Source: a virus
Length of the DNA: 64,000 nt
Strand: one strand, 5' to 3'
Virus record (IMG/VR): IMGVR_UViG_3300044695_003767
The translations under genes were made by a program, and so were the position numbers. Below are positions 9,879 through 17,744 of the stretch, piece by piece. The notes beneath the pieces are model-generated. The model did not search any database. It was not told the DNA's origin and was given only the letters and a program-made list of their open reading frames with translations. Position 1 is the stretch's first letter. Each line of letters opens with the position of its first letter.

Positions 9879-12119
9879 ATGCCAGCAGGAGACGTATTTG
9901 GTCTTGATGGATTTTTTCTAAACGTATCAAATCCCATTACGGTTTCTGCTGTAGATATTAACTCTACTGCTGCTGGTGCCGGTATTACTGTAACTGCTGG
10001 TTCTTTTAGTTCTGGAACAGTCACTCTTACACTTTCAACTGCTGCTGGTCTTTCTACAACACCTTTTTATACTGGTGCAAAGATAGCAGTTTCTGGTCTC
10101 GCAATCGCATCAGGAGTAGCACATACTGGATATAATGGAAATTTTGTAGTCACAGGATTTGCAGGAACCACAACAGTTTCTTATGCGACTACTGGTTATG
10201 TTGGTCCTGTGACTGCTGGTATTACCACAACTGGTTTGGTAATGTTAGTGACTGATACTGCAGTTACGAATACCACTTGGAGTAGTTCTCAAACTCACGG
10301 TTGGTTCGGTGGTGGACAATCTCCATCAACAGGATTTTCAACAGTAGACCGCATAGATTTCTCCAATGATACTGGAACTGCAAATATTAGAGGTTCATTA
10401 AGTTCAGCAAGAAATGAGTTAGCAGCAACAGGAAACTCTAACTATGGTTGGTTTGGTGGTGGATATGTTCCAGTAGCATATTCAACAGTAGACCGTATAG
10501 ATTTCTCTAATGATTCTTCAACGGCATCACCTAGAGGTCCATTGAGTCGTACTAGATATCGTTTAGCAGCAACAAGTAACAGTTCTTATGGTTGGTTTGG
10601 TGGTGGTGAATTCTCACCATTTGTATTATCAACAGTAGACCGTATAGATTTCTCTAATGATTCTGGAACAGCATCAGTCAGAGGTCCATTAAGTTTTGCT
10701 GCGAATATATTAGCAGCAACAGGAAACTCTAACTATGGTTGGTTTGGTGGTGGTAATACTCCAGGAGTATTATCATCAGTAGGTCGTATAGATTATGCTA
10801 ATGATGCAGCAACAGCATCACCTAGAGGTCCATTAAGTTCAGCAAGAAGAGATTTAGCAGCAACAAGTAACAGTTCTTATGGTTGGTTTGGTGGTGGTTT
10901 TCCTGGTCCAGGAGTATTATCAAGAGTAGACCGTATAGATTTTTCTAATGATTCTTCAACGGCATCAGTAAGAGGTTCATTAAGTTCAGCAAGAAATCTT
11001 TTAGCAGCAACAGGAAACTCTAATTATGGTTGGTTTGGTGGTGGTACTGGTGGTTCTGGTGCAATATCAAGAGTAGACCGCATAGATTTTTCTAATGATT
11101 CCACAACAACATCACCAAGAGGTCCATTAAGTTCATCAAGATATCGTTTAGCAGCAACATCAGGGCAGGCAAGGTCTTCAAGTATTCGTCTACAAAAAGC
11201 AGGGAATTATGGTTGGTTTGGTGGTGGAAGTTCTGGGGGAGCACCATTTACTGGATACTCAACAGTAGATCGTATAGATTTCTCAAATGATTCCTCAACA
11301 GCATCACCAAGAGGTTCATTGATTGCAACAAAATATATAAAAGCAGCAACAGGAAACTCTAACTATGGTTGGTTTGGTGGACAATTCATCACTCCTACAC
11401 CAGGAAGAGCATCAACAGTAGACCGTATAAATTTCTCCAATGATTCTGCAACACCACTAATTAGAGGTTCATTGAGTTCAGCAAAAAATAATGTAGCAGC
11501 AACAGGAAATTATAATTATGGGTGGTTTGGTGGTGGATATCCGGGATCTGTTGGAACAGCAGCAGTAGACCGTATAAATTTTTCTAATGATGAATTAACA
11601 GCATCATCAAGAGGACCATTGAGTTCAGCAAAATATAATTCTGCAGCAACAGGAAATTATAATTATGGGTGGTTTTCTGGTGGAACTATTCAACCATCAC
11701 CTGCACTTCCACCGGTTAATTTATCATCAACAGACCGTATAGATTTCTCTAATGATTCTGCAACAGCATCACCAAGAGGTCTATTAAGTTTAGCAAGAGG
11801 AGGTTTAGCAGCAACAGGAAACTCTAACTATGGTTGGTTTGGTGGTGGTAGTGGACCAATATCAACAGTAGACCGTATAGATTTTTCAAATGATTCTGCA
11901 ACAGCAACTGTTAGAGGTCCATTAAATGGAGTAAGATCTCTTCTAGCAGCAACAGGAAACTCTAACTATGGATGGTTTGGTGGTGGTATTTCTCCTGGAG
12001 GAACATCAACAGTGCATCGATTAGATTTCTCTAACGATTCTGTATCAGCATCACCAAGGGGTCTATTAAGTCAGGCAAGATCATTATTAGCAGCAACAGC
12101 CAATACACCAATAGGATAA
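9879..12119 (+). CDS. Kelch-like double beta-propeller protein 3 (12 repeats, extra N-terminal beta domain)
   Basis: ~140-aa N-terminal domain (GYNGNFVVT), then 12 repeats; ends ANTPIG. Confidence 0.8.
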   Translation: MPAGDVFGLDGFFLNVSNPITVSAVDINSTAAGAGITVTAGSFSSGTVTLTLSTAAGLSTTPFYTGAKIAVSGLAIASGVAHTGYNGNFVVTGFAGTTTVSYATTGYVGPVTAGITTTGLVMLVTDTAVTNTTWSSSQTHGWFGGGQSPSTGFSTVDRIDFSNDTGTANIRGSLSSARNELAATGNSNYGWFGGGYVPVAYSTVDRIDFSNDSSTASPRGPLSRTRYRLAATSNSSYGWFGGGEFSPFVLSTVDRIDFSNDSGTASVRGPLSFAANILAATGNSNYGWFGGGNTPGVLSSVGRIDYANDAATASPRGPLSSARRDLAATSNSSYGWFGGGFPGPGVLSRVDRIDFSNDSSTASVRGSLSSARNLLAATGNSNYGWFGGGTGGSGAISRVDRIDFSNDSTTTSPRGPLSSSRYRLAATSGQARSSSIRLQKAGNYGWFGGGSSGGAPFTGYSTVDRIDFSNDSSTASPRGSLIATKYIKAATGNSNYGWFGGQFITPTPGRASTVDRINFSNDSATPLIRGSLSSAKNNVAATGNYNYGWFGGGYPGSVGTAAVDRINFSNDELTASSRGPLSSAKYNSAATGNYNYGWFSGGTIQPSPALPPVNLSSTDRIDFSNDSATASPRGLLSLARGGLAATGNSNYGWFGGGSGPISTVDRIDFSNDSATATVRGPLNGVRSLLAATGNSNYGWFGGGISPGGTSTVHRLDFSNDSVSASPRGLLSQARSLLAATANTPIG

Positions 12120-12143
12120 ATACCTCAAACTACATTATAAGCA

Positions 12144-12794
12144 ATGAATTTATTATCCAAAGTTTTGATTGCACCAAAAGTCATCAATCAGGAAGGTATT
12201 GATGCACTGGTAAATCATATGAAAACTTCAAAAACAGAAGACCTTTCAGTATTTGATCCAGACAAATCCAATCAGACACGAGGAACTGAATGGATTACAG
12301 ATAAGAAAACAAGAGATACTCAAATTGCTCCAATTGAACCTGTATTTCCACAGGTTAACGAATTGATGCATCATATTGTAAAGCAAGTTATCAATCCTTT
12401 TTATCAGTTTGAAGTTGATAGTTCAGAAGTTCCACAACTACTCTGCTATGGTGTAGGAGGACACTACCAACCTCATATTGATGGTGAAGGTATATGGACT
12501 GCACCAGATCAGACACAACTTTGGAGAAAGACAGTAGATCGTGATTTGTCTATGGTCTTATATTTGAATGATGGATTTGAAGGTGGAGATTTTGTATTTC
12601 CAGACCTTCATATTCATATTCGTCCTGAACCTGGACTTCTTGTATGTTTTCCTTCTAATAGGTATTATCGTCACGGTGTTGAACCAGTCACCAAAGGAAA
12701 CCGATATTCAATGGTAACTTGGATGACAGTCAAAGGATTTGAGAGTATGGAGACACAATGCAATAATCTCAAATCTAAATATGGGGTGTGTTGA
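12144..12794 (+). CDS. 2OG-Fe(II) oxygenase, prolyl-4-hydroxylase-like
   Basis: YGVGGHYQPHID, SMVLYLNDGFEGGDF, HGVEPVTKGNRYSMVTW. Confidence 0.85.
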   Translation: MNLLSKVLIAPKVINQEGIDALVNHMKTSKTEDLSVFDPDKSNQTRGTEWITDKKTRDTQIAPIEPVFPQVNELMHHIVKQVINPFYQFEVDSSEVPQLLCYGVGGHYQPHIDGEGIWTAPDQTQLWRKTVDRDLSMVLYLNDGFEGGDFVFPDLHIHIRPEPGLLVCFPSNRYYRHGVEPVTKGNRYSMVTWMTVKGFESMETQCNNLKSKYGVC

Positions 12795-12819
12795 CAAAAA
12801 CTTTTAATTACCCTATAAT
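12791..12819 (+). promoter_or_regulatory. Sigma70-type promoter
   Basis: TTGACA-N17-TATAAT, perfect consensus. Confidence 0.85.
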
Positions 12820-12825
12820 ATCCAA

Positions 12826-12923
12826 GTCTTCAACATCCTTGTAACTTTGGGAATGAAGACCCTCTCTGTGGTGGGAGAGGTGAGTTGGTGGTTACTAAGG
12901 AGGGTTTATATCCTCCTTTTTTT
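12826..12923 (+). ncRNA. Candidate stand-alone structured small RNA (~95 nt)
   Basis: Lies between a perfect promoter and a terminator; hairpins GTCTTCA/TGAAGAC and CCTCTC/GAGAGG; possible GTAAC/GTTAC pseudoknot. Confidence 0.55.
12897..12923 (+). terminator. Rho-independent terminator
   Basis: AAGGAGG...CCTCCTT followed by a T run. Confidence 0.75.
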
Positions 12924-12957
12924 CTATTATAAATTATAATAAAAATAGATAACAATT

Positions 12958-13200
12958 ATGAATTTCACAGTATACTCAAAAGAAGATTGCCCATATTGCT
13001 ATAAAGTTAAACAAGTTCTTGAATTGACAGGAAGTAACTTTGTGGTTTATAATTTAGGGGAACATTTTACCAGAGATGAGTTTTATGCTGAGTTTGGTGA
13101 AGGATCTACCTTTCCACAGGTTATTTGTAATGACAAGAAATTAGGAGGATCAGTTGACACAATCAAATTCCTCAAGGAACAACAAATCATCAAATCCTGA
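12958..13200 (+). CDS. nrdC: Glutaredoxin
   Basis: CPYC active site, TFPQV, GG motif. Confidence 0.9.
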   Translation: MNFTVYSKEDCPYCYKVKQVLELTGSNFVVYNLGEHFTRDEFYAEFGEGSTFPQVICNDKKLGGSVDTIKFLKEQQIIKS

Positions 13201-13405
13201 CCTAAATAAAAAAGAAGACCACAGAAATCGTGGTATTGAACTCATTCTTTATGGGGGTAAAAGAAAGCAAACTCAACCATTTCACATCATTTTTGAGAAG
13301 ATAGTTTGCTTTCTAAATCGGGAAGTCACTATCTATTTCGAATTTTCCTTTAAGTCAAGGAAGAAAAAAGTAGTTTCCCGAGGTAAAAGAAATGTTAGCA
13401 GTTAG
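13154..13405 (+). CDS. Hypothetical protein
   Basis: ORF tiling between its neighbours; start uncertain. Confidence 0.45.
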   Translation: MTQSNSSRNNKSSNPDLNKKEDHRNRGIELILYGGKRKQTQPFHIIFEKIVCFLNREVTIYFEFSFKSRKKKVVSRGKRNVSS

Positions 13406-13622
13406 TTTAGTATTTGGTTCCTTTCTAACAGTATTGTTTCTTATAGTGGGAGTAATGGTAGGTTGGGTAGCAAGAGAATATATGATGAACTATCGGGAAA
13501 TTCCAAGACCTCACCCCGAAATGTTTGATAATCAGGGAAACTTGATTCCAGATGAGGTGATCGCATTTAATTTTGAGAACTATCATGACTACGACGACAC
13601 AGAAGAAGACAACGACGACTAA
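13392..13622 (+). CDS. Small membrane protein
   Basis: N-terminal TM helix, HPEMFD.QGNLI motif, acidic tail. Confidence 0.65.
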   Translation: MLAVSLVFGSFLTVLFLIVGVMVGWVAREYMMNYREIPRPHPEMFDNQGNLIPDEVIAFNFENYHDYDDTEEDNDD

Positions 13623-14193
13623 AACAACTAAACCAAAGGTAGTTAAAGAAACTCCTATTGTGGAACTTCCTAACAATCCTCTTGCTTTTGAAGTCTTTGA
13701 TTTAATTTCTAAGCAAAGATCTAACCAAAAGAAGGTAGAACTGTTGCAAAAGTATAATCATGATTCAATACGGGCTCTTTTGATTTGGAACTTTGATGAA
13801 TCAGTAATTACAATGCTTCCTGATGGGCCAGTTCCTTATTCGAGTTATGGTGATCAAACTGTAAATAGTGGAACTCTTTCTAATAAACTTACGGAAGAAA
13901 TTCGAGCTATGTATGAGACTGGTTCATTCTCTTTAGGTGTATCGGATGTTCAAGGAAGAACAACAATTCGTAAAGAGTATAAACATTTTTATCATTTTAT
14001 TAAGGGCGGTAATGATGCTATAAGCTCCATTCGTCGTGAGACAATGTTTATCAATCTTTTGCAGGGACTTCACCCACTTGAAGCAGAAATTATTTGTTTC
14101 GTTAAAGATAAAAAACTTCAAGAAAAATATAAAATTAGCAAAGAAATTGTATCTGAAGCTTTTCCTCAGATTACTTGGGGAGGACGTTCGTGA
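13585..14193 (+). CDS. Conserved T4-like phage hypothetical protein
   Basis: LLIWNFD..LP.GPVPY, RRETMFI.LL.GLHP.EAE; probable start MTTTT. Confidence 0.65.
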   Translation: MTTTTQKKTTTTKTTKPKVVKETPIVELPNNPLAFEVFDLISKQRSNQKKVELLQKYNHDSIRALLIWNFDESVITMLPDGPVPYSSYGDQTVNSGTLSNKLTEEIRAMYETGSFSLGVSDVQGRTTIRKEYKHFYHFIKGGNDAISSIRRETMFINLLQGLHPLEAEIICFVKDKKLQEKYKISKEIVSEAFPQITWGGRS

Positions 14194-14528
14194 ACCAAGT
14201 TATTAATAAAACTACGGAAAAGCATATGGACCATTGGACATCAGCAGAAAAGGAAACCTGTAAGTCACGATACGGTTGTGACATTTTGATTGAAAATTGT
14301 TCGTATGCTGATGTCTGTACTAAAGAAGCACCGAATGATGCACATATCATTAAATATATGGTCGATGATAAACTTTGCTTTGATTTAACAAGGGGAACTA
14401 AAATTCGTTTATTCGATATGTATTGGGATAAGTTTCGTGAAAATTTAAAGTCAATTGATTGGGGATACGGCAAATACAATCCAAAGACCTGGGGTTACCA
14501 GGCACCTAAAACCAAAAAGCGGAAGTGA
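14175..14528 (+). CDS. Hypothetical protein
   Basis: ORF with D.TRG...FD.Y.D.F...G.G.YNP..WG; true start probably further downstream. Confidence 0.6.
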   Translation: MGRTFVNQVINKTTEKHMDHWTSAEKETCKSRYGCDILIENCSYADVCTKEAPNDAHIIKYMVDDKLCFDLTRGTKIRLFDMYWDKFRENLKSIDWGYGKYNPKTWGYQAPKTKKRK

Positions 14529-14588
14529 TTCCCCAGATCGGGGGAAAAAATCCCGGCAAAATTTTTGTCTATTAAGATTTTATAAAAT

Positions 14589-14604
14589 TGTAACATTTTA
14601 TACA
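14589..14604 (+). promoter_or_regulatory. NtcA box
   Basis: TGTA-acatttta-TACA equals the extended GTA-N8-TAC consensus; lies just upstream of TTGCTA-N18-TATAAT (14613-14642). Confidence 0.6.
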
Positions 14605-14650
14605 ATCAATTGTTGCTAAATATCCCCGAAAGGGAGTATAATACTCTCAT

Positions 14651-14866
14651 CGTTCATCTGGAAATCCAGACGGAAGTAAGACAACTCGGAACGGGTCGTT
14701 CATCTATGGAGACACTCATTCTTACATGCCTACAAGCACAATTGATTGCTGGGAGAGTTAATAAACAAGACATTCCCAGACAATATAAGAATGATTTGAT
14801 ATGGGAGATTAAACAAATTTCTCCAAAAGAGTGTAAAATAGACGCAAAAGTTGACTGAAGGAACGC
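14651..14866 (+). ncRNA. Glutamine riboswitch (glnA-type), tandem/interlocked aptamers
   Basis: CGTTC-A-TCTGG(AAAT)CCAGA-CGGAAGTAAG...CTGAAG-GAACG matches the glnA-RNA core; a second CGTTCATCTA...TAGACGCA unit is present; upstream of a DUF4278-like gene. Confidence 0.75.
14706..14858 (+). CDS. 50-aa peptide ORF embedded in the riboswitch
   Basis: ATG at 14706 in an aptamer stem, TGA inside CTGAAGGAACG; METLILTCLQAQ...PKECKIDAKVD. Confidence 0.55.
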   Translation: METLILTCLQAQLIAGRVNKQDIPRQYKNDLIWEIKQISPKECKIDAKVD

Positions 14867-14897
14867 TACCTAACCTAACAGTAAAGGAGCAAACCTA

Positions 14898-15029
14898 ATG
14901 ACAACAGCAACCTATCGTGGTGTTAAATACAACGTAGAAGATCGTAAGATCAATGTTCTTCAATTGATTAAAGAACAAATTGAAAAAGAACAACGTCGTA
15001 AAGAAGCACAATTAGCAGCAATTAAATAA
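14898..15029 (+). CDS. DUF4278-like small protein (43 aa)
   Basis: AAGGAG RBS; MTTATYRGVKY motif; DUF4278 genes are known targets of glutamine riboswitches. Confidence 0.7.
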   Translation: MTTATYRGVKYNVEDRKINVLQLIKEQIEKEQRRKEAQLAAIK

Positions 15030-15033
15030 TATG

Positions 15034-15070
15034 AAGGAGGGTTGATTCCCTCCTTTTTTTATGCTAAAAT
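15034..15070 (+). terminator. Terminator overlapping a sigma70 promoter
   Basis: AAGGAGGG-TTGATT-CCCTCCTT plus T run; TTGATT-N17-TAAAAT. Confidence 0.65.
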
Positions 15071-15091
15071 GTCTTGAGAGAATGGTATCTT

Positions 15092-15247
15092 ATGGACACA
15101 GATAAACTAAAACTTATTGTCCGTAATTTAGAACTCTTAGTTGATTCTCTAAAAGCAGAAATATATTCTGATGTTAGGGCATATAATTTTGATGATATCA
15201 AACCAAAGGAGTTAGATTACGACGAAATTTTTGAGGATTCTGAATGA
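15092..15247 (+). CDS. Hypothetical protein (51 aa)
   Basis: MDTDKLKLIVRNLELLVDSLKAEIYSD...; ATGA-coupled to the next gene. Confidence 0.65.
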   Translation: MDTDKLKLIVRNLELLVDSLKAEIYSDVRAYNFDDIKPKELDYDEIFEDSE

Positions 15248-15399
15248 GAAGTAAAAAAGTAATTCAATTAATTAAAGAAGCACTAAAGCAAGACTATTTG
15301 TATTCTAGTGAAGAACTTCATTTTATGAGAGAACAACTTTCTATGCTACAATTAGAAAAGCAAAATTTAAAAGAATATCGAGGATTTGGAAAGAAATGA
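15244..15399 (+). CDS. Hypothetical protein (51 aa)
   Basis: MRSKKVIQLIKEALK...RGFGKK; ATGA-coupled on both sides. Confidence 0.6.
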   Translation: MRSKKVIQLIKEALKQDYLYSSEELHFMREQLSMLQLEKQNLKEYRGFGKK

Positions 15400-16031
15400 C
15401 AGTTAAACTTATTTCGGTAACTCCCGATGCAGAAAAAACAATGGCATTTATTGCACGAGTTAGCAATCCTGCGAATCAAGACAACGAAAACTATGCCAAG
15501 TTGCTTGCTTATTGCATTAAGCATAATCATTGGTCTGTTTTTGAACAGTCTTCTATGACTCTTGAGATTGAGACCAATCGTGGCATTGCGGCTCAGATTT
15601 TGCGTCATAGGTCCTTTACATATCAGGAATTTTCACAACGATATGCAGATACAAATCTGATCACCGAGAATATTCCTATTCCAGAACTTCGCAAGCAAGA
15701 TACCAAGAATCGTCAGAATTCTACGGATGATCTTGGTGACTATGTGAAGTTAAAGTTCCAATCAGAAATTGCTGAACTGTTTACCAATGCTAATAACCTC
15801 TACAAGAGGATGTTAGAAGCAGGTGTGGCAAAGGAGTGTGCAAGGTTTGTACTGCCCTTAGCGACTCCCACACGTATCTATATGACCGGTTCTTGCAGGT
15901 CATGGATACATTATATCAATCTCCGTTCGGCAAACGGAACTCAGAAAGAACATATGGACATTGCTCTGGAATGTAAGAAGGTATTCACCGAACAATTTCC
16001 AACGGTTGCAGAAGCTCTTGAGTGGATCTAA
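15396..16031 (+). CDS. thyX: FAD-dependent thymidylate synthase
   Basis: HWSVFEQ; RHRSFTYQEFSQRY ThyX motif. Confidence 0.97.
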   Translation: MTVKLISVTPDAEKTMAFIARVSNPANQDNENYAKLLAYCIKHNHWSVFEQSSMTLEIETNRGIAAQILRHRSFTYQEFSQRYADTNLITENIPIPELRKQDTKNRQNSTDDLGDYVKLKFQSEIAELFTNANNLYKRMLEAGVAKECARFVLPLATPTRIYMTGSCRSWIHYINLRSANGTQKEHMDIALECKKVFTEQFPTVAEALEWI

Positions 16032-16057
16032 ATAAATTATCTTGAATTCGTAACTTT

Positions 16058-16306
16058 ATGGCGACTTATCCTGTTATTAACAATATCACTGGTGAACAGA
16101 AAGAAGTGGAAATGAGTGTTCACGACTGGGATCAGTGGAAAAAAGACAATCCAGACTGGGCTCGCGACTGGTCTGATCCATCTACTTGCCCTTCTCCTGG
16201 AGAAGTTGGTGAGTGGAGAGATAAACTTGTAAATAAGCATCCTGGATGGAACGAAGTTCTTTCTAAGGCAAGTAAAGCACCAGGTTCCCGTGTAAAAAAA
16301 ATCTAA
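16058..16306 (+). CDS. Conserved hypothetical protein upstream of phoH
   Basis: MATYPVIN..TGEQKE, GWNEVLSK; late-promoter-like TAAATA upstream. Confidence 0.7.
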   Translation: MATYPVINNITGEQKEVEMSVHDWDQWKKDNPDWARDWSDPSTCPSPGEVGEWRDKLVNKHPGWNEVLSKASKAPGSRVKKI

Positions 16307-17064
16307 TGGCAAGAAGAAAAAGAAGTAACGAGATCCAACCAATTGGAGTTGGTTTAACTGCAAAACAAATGAAGAGGAGAAAACCTCTCAGTGCTGAATA
16401 TTTGGTCGATATTGATCCACTGACAGAAAACCAAAAACGTCTATTTGAATCTTATGCCGAAGGCAAACATCTTGTTGCCTATGGGTGTGCTGGAACTGGT
16501 AAGACCTTTATTTCTCTTTATAATGCCCTACAGGATGTTCTAGATGAATCAACTCCTTATGAGAAAATTTATCTTGTTCGTTCTCTAGTAGCTACAAGAG
16601 AAATTGGTTTTCTTCCTGGAACACACGATGATAAGGCAGATATTTACCAGATTCCTTATAAGAATATGGTGAAGTATATGTTCCAACTTTCAAGTGATGC
16701 TGAATTTGAGATGCTTTATGGTAACTTAAAGTCACAGGAAACTATCAAGTTTTGGAGCACATCTTTCCTTCGTGGAACAACTCTTGATAATGCAATCATC
16801 ATTGTGGATGAGTTTCAGAATCTTAATTTCCACGAACTAGATTCTATTATTACTCGTGTAGGTGAGAATACAAAAATCTGTTTCTGTGGTGATGCTTCTC
16901 AATCAGACTTGCAGAAAACAAATGAGCGCAATGGTATTGTGGACTTTATGACAGTCTTGCGTAAAATGCCATCATTTGATATAATTGAATTTGGTGTAGA
17001 CGATATTGTTCGTTCTGGACTTGTTAAGGAGTACATTATTGCTAAAATGGATGCTGGTTTTTAA
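16306..17064 (+). CDS. phoH: PhoH-family ATPase
   Basis: GCAGTGKT, IGFLPG, LRGTTLD, DEFQN, GDASQSDL, DIVRSGLV. Confidence 0.95.
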   Translation: MARRKRSNEIQPIGVGLTAKQMKRRKPLSAEYLVDIDPLTENQKRLFESYAEGKHLVAYGCAGTGKTFISLYNALQDVLDESTPYEKIYLVRSLVATREIGFLPGTHDDKADIYQIPYKNMVKYMFQLSSDAEFEMLYGNLKSQETIKFWSTSFLRGTTLDNAIIIVDEFQNLNFHELDSIITRVGENTKICFCGDASQSDLQKTNERNGIVDFMTVLRKMPSFDIIEFGVDDIVRSGLVKEYIIAKMDAGF

Positions 17065-17744
17065 TGTTTAATCATATTGATATTGAACTCCCTCAGTTGG
17101 AGCGTGAAACCATTGATGGTGTAAGGTACTACAAAGTTCCTGATGAAGAAGAACTTATTCGACTGGTCTCCATCACTTCGGTGACCAGTCATTTTAATAA
17201 AGAAATCTTTGTTAACTGGCGTAAAAAAGTTGGTGAAGAGGAGGCAGATAAAATTACACGACAAGCAACAAGTCGTGGAACGGATATGCACTCTCTTACA
17301 GAGCATTACCTTAAAAATCAAAAACTACCAGAAGTTCAACCTTTATCCGATTTTCTGTTTAAGATTGCAAAAACAGAAATTAATCGTATAAATAATATCT
17401 ATGCCCTTGAAGGGTCCCTATATAGTAGGCAACTGGGTATTGCTGGGACAGTTGATTGTATTGCCGAATATAATGGCGAGTTATCAATAATCGACTTTAA
17501 GACTTCTAAAAAACCAAAACCACGTGAGTGGATCGAACATTATTTCGTTCAGGCAGCAGCATATGCTTGTATGTTTTATGAACTGACTGAAATCCCTGTG
17601 AAAAAACTTGTAATTTTAATGGCTTGTGAAAATGGAGAATGCGTCGTCTATGAAGAATATGATAAAGCAAAATACATCAAACTACTCAGCAAATACATTA
17701 GAAAGTTTGTTGGAGATAAACTGGAACTCTATGGAACCAAATAA
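17064..17744 (+). CDS. PD-(D/E)xK exonuclease
   Basis: SITSV, RGTDMH, AGTVDCIA, IIDFKTS, QAAAYA. Confidence 0.85.
   Translation: MFNHIDIELPQLERETIDGVRYYKVPDEEELIRLVSITSVTSHFNKEIFVNWRKKVGEEEADKITRQATSRGTDMHSLTEHYLKNQKLPEVQPLSDFLFKIAKTEINRINNIYALEGSLYSRQLGIAGTVDCIAEYNGELSIIDFKTSKKPKPREWIEHYFVQAAAYACMFYELTEIPVKKLVILMACENGECVVYEEYDKAKYIKLLSKYIRKFVGDKLELYGTK

Noticed and set aside
2909-12119. Repeat-variable-repeat pattern resembling a CRISPR array
   Set aside because: Units are ~140 nt, in frame, inside long ORFs and encode protein blades; no cas genes
2909-12119. Diversity-generating retroelement as the source of loop variation
   Set aside because: No reverse transcriptase or template repeat in the window; variation includes indels and is not adenine-specific
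14529-14548. Hairpin TTCCCC/GGGGAA after ORF 14175
   Set aside because: Possibly a terminator, but followed by an A run on this strand; no function can be supported
14610-14705. Upstream TTG start of the 82-aa ORF in the track
   Set aside because: Lies within the promoter, upstream of the predicted TSS; ATG 14706 is more plausible
17064-17744. Cas4-like nuclease as a CRISPR component
   Set aside because: Sits in the usual phoH-exonuclease-gp33 core context, with no array or other cas genes
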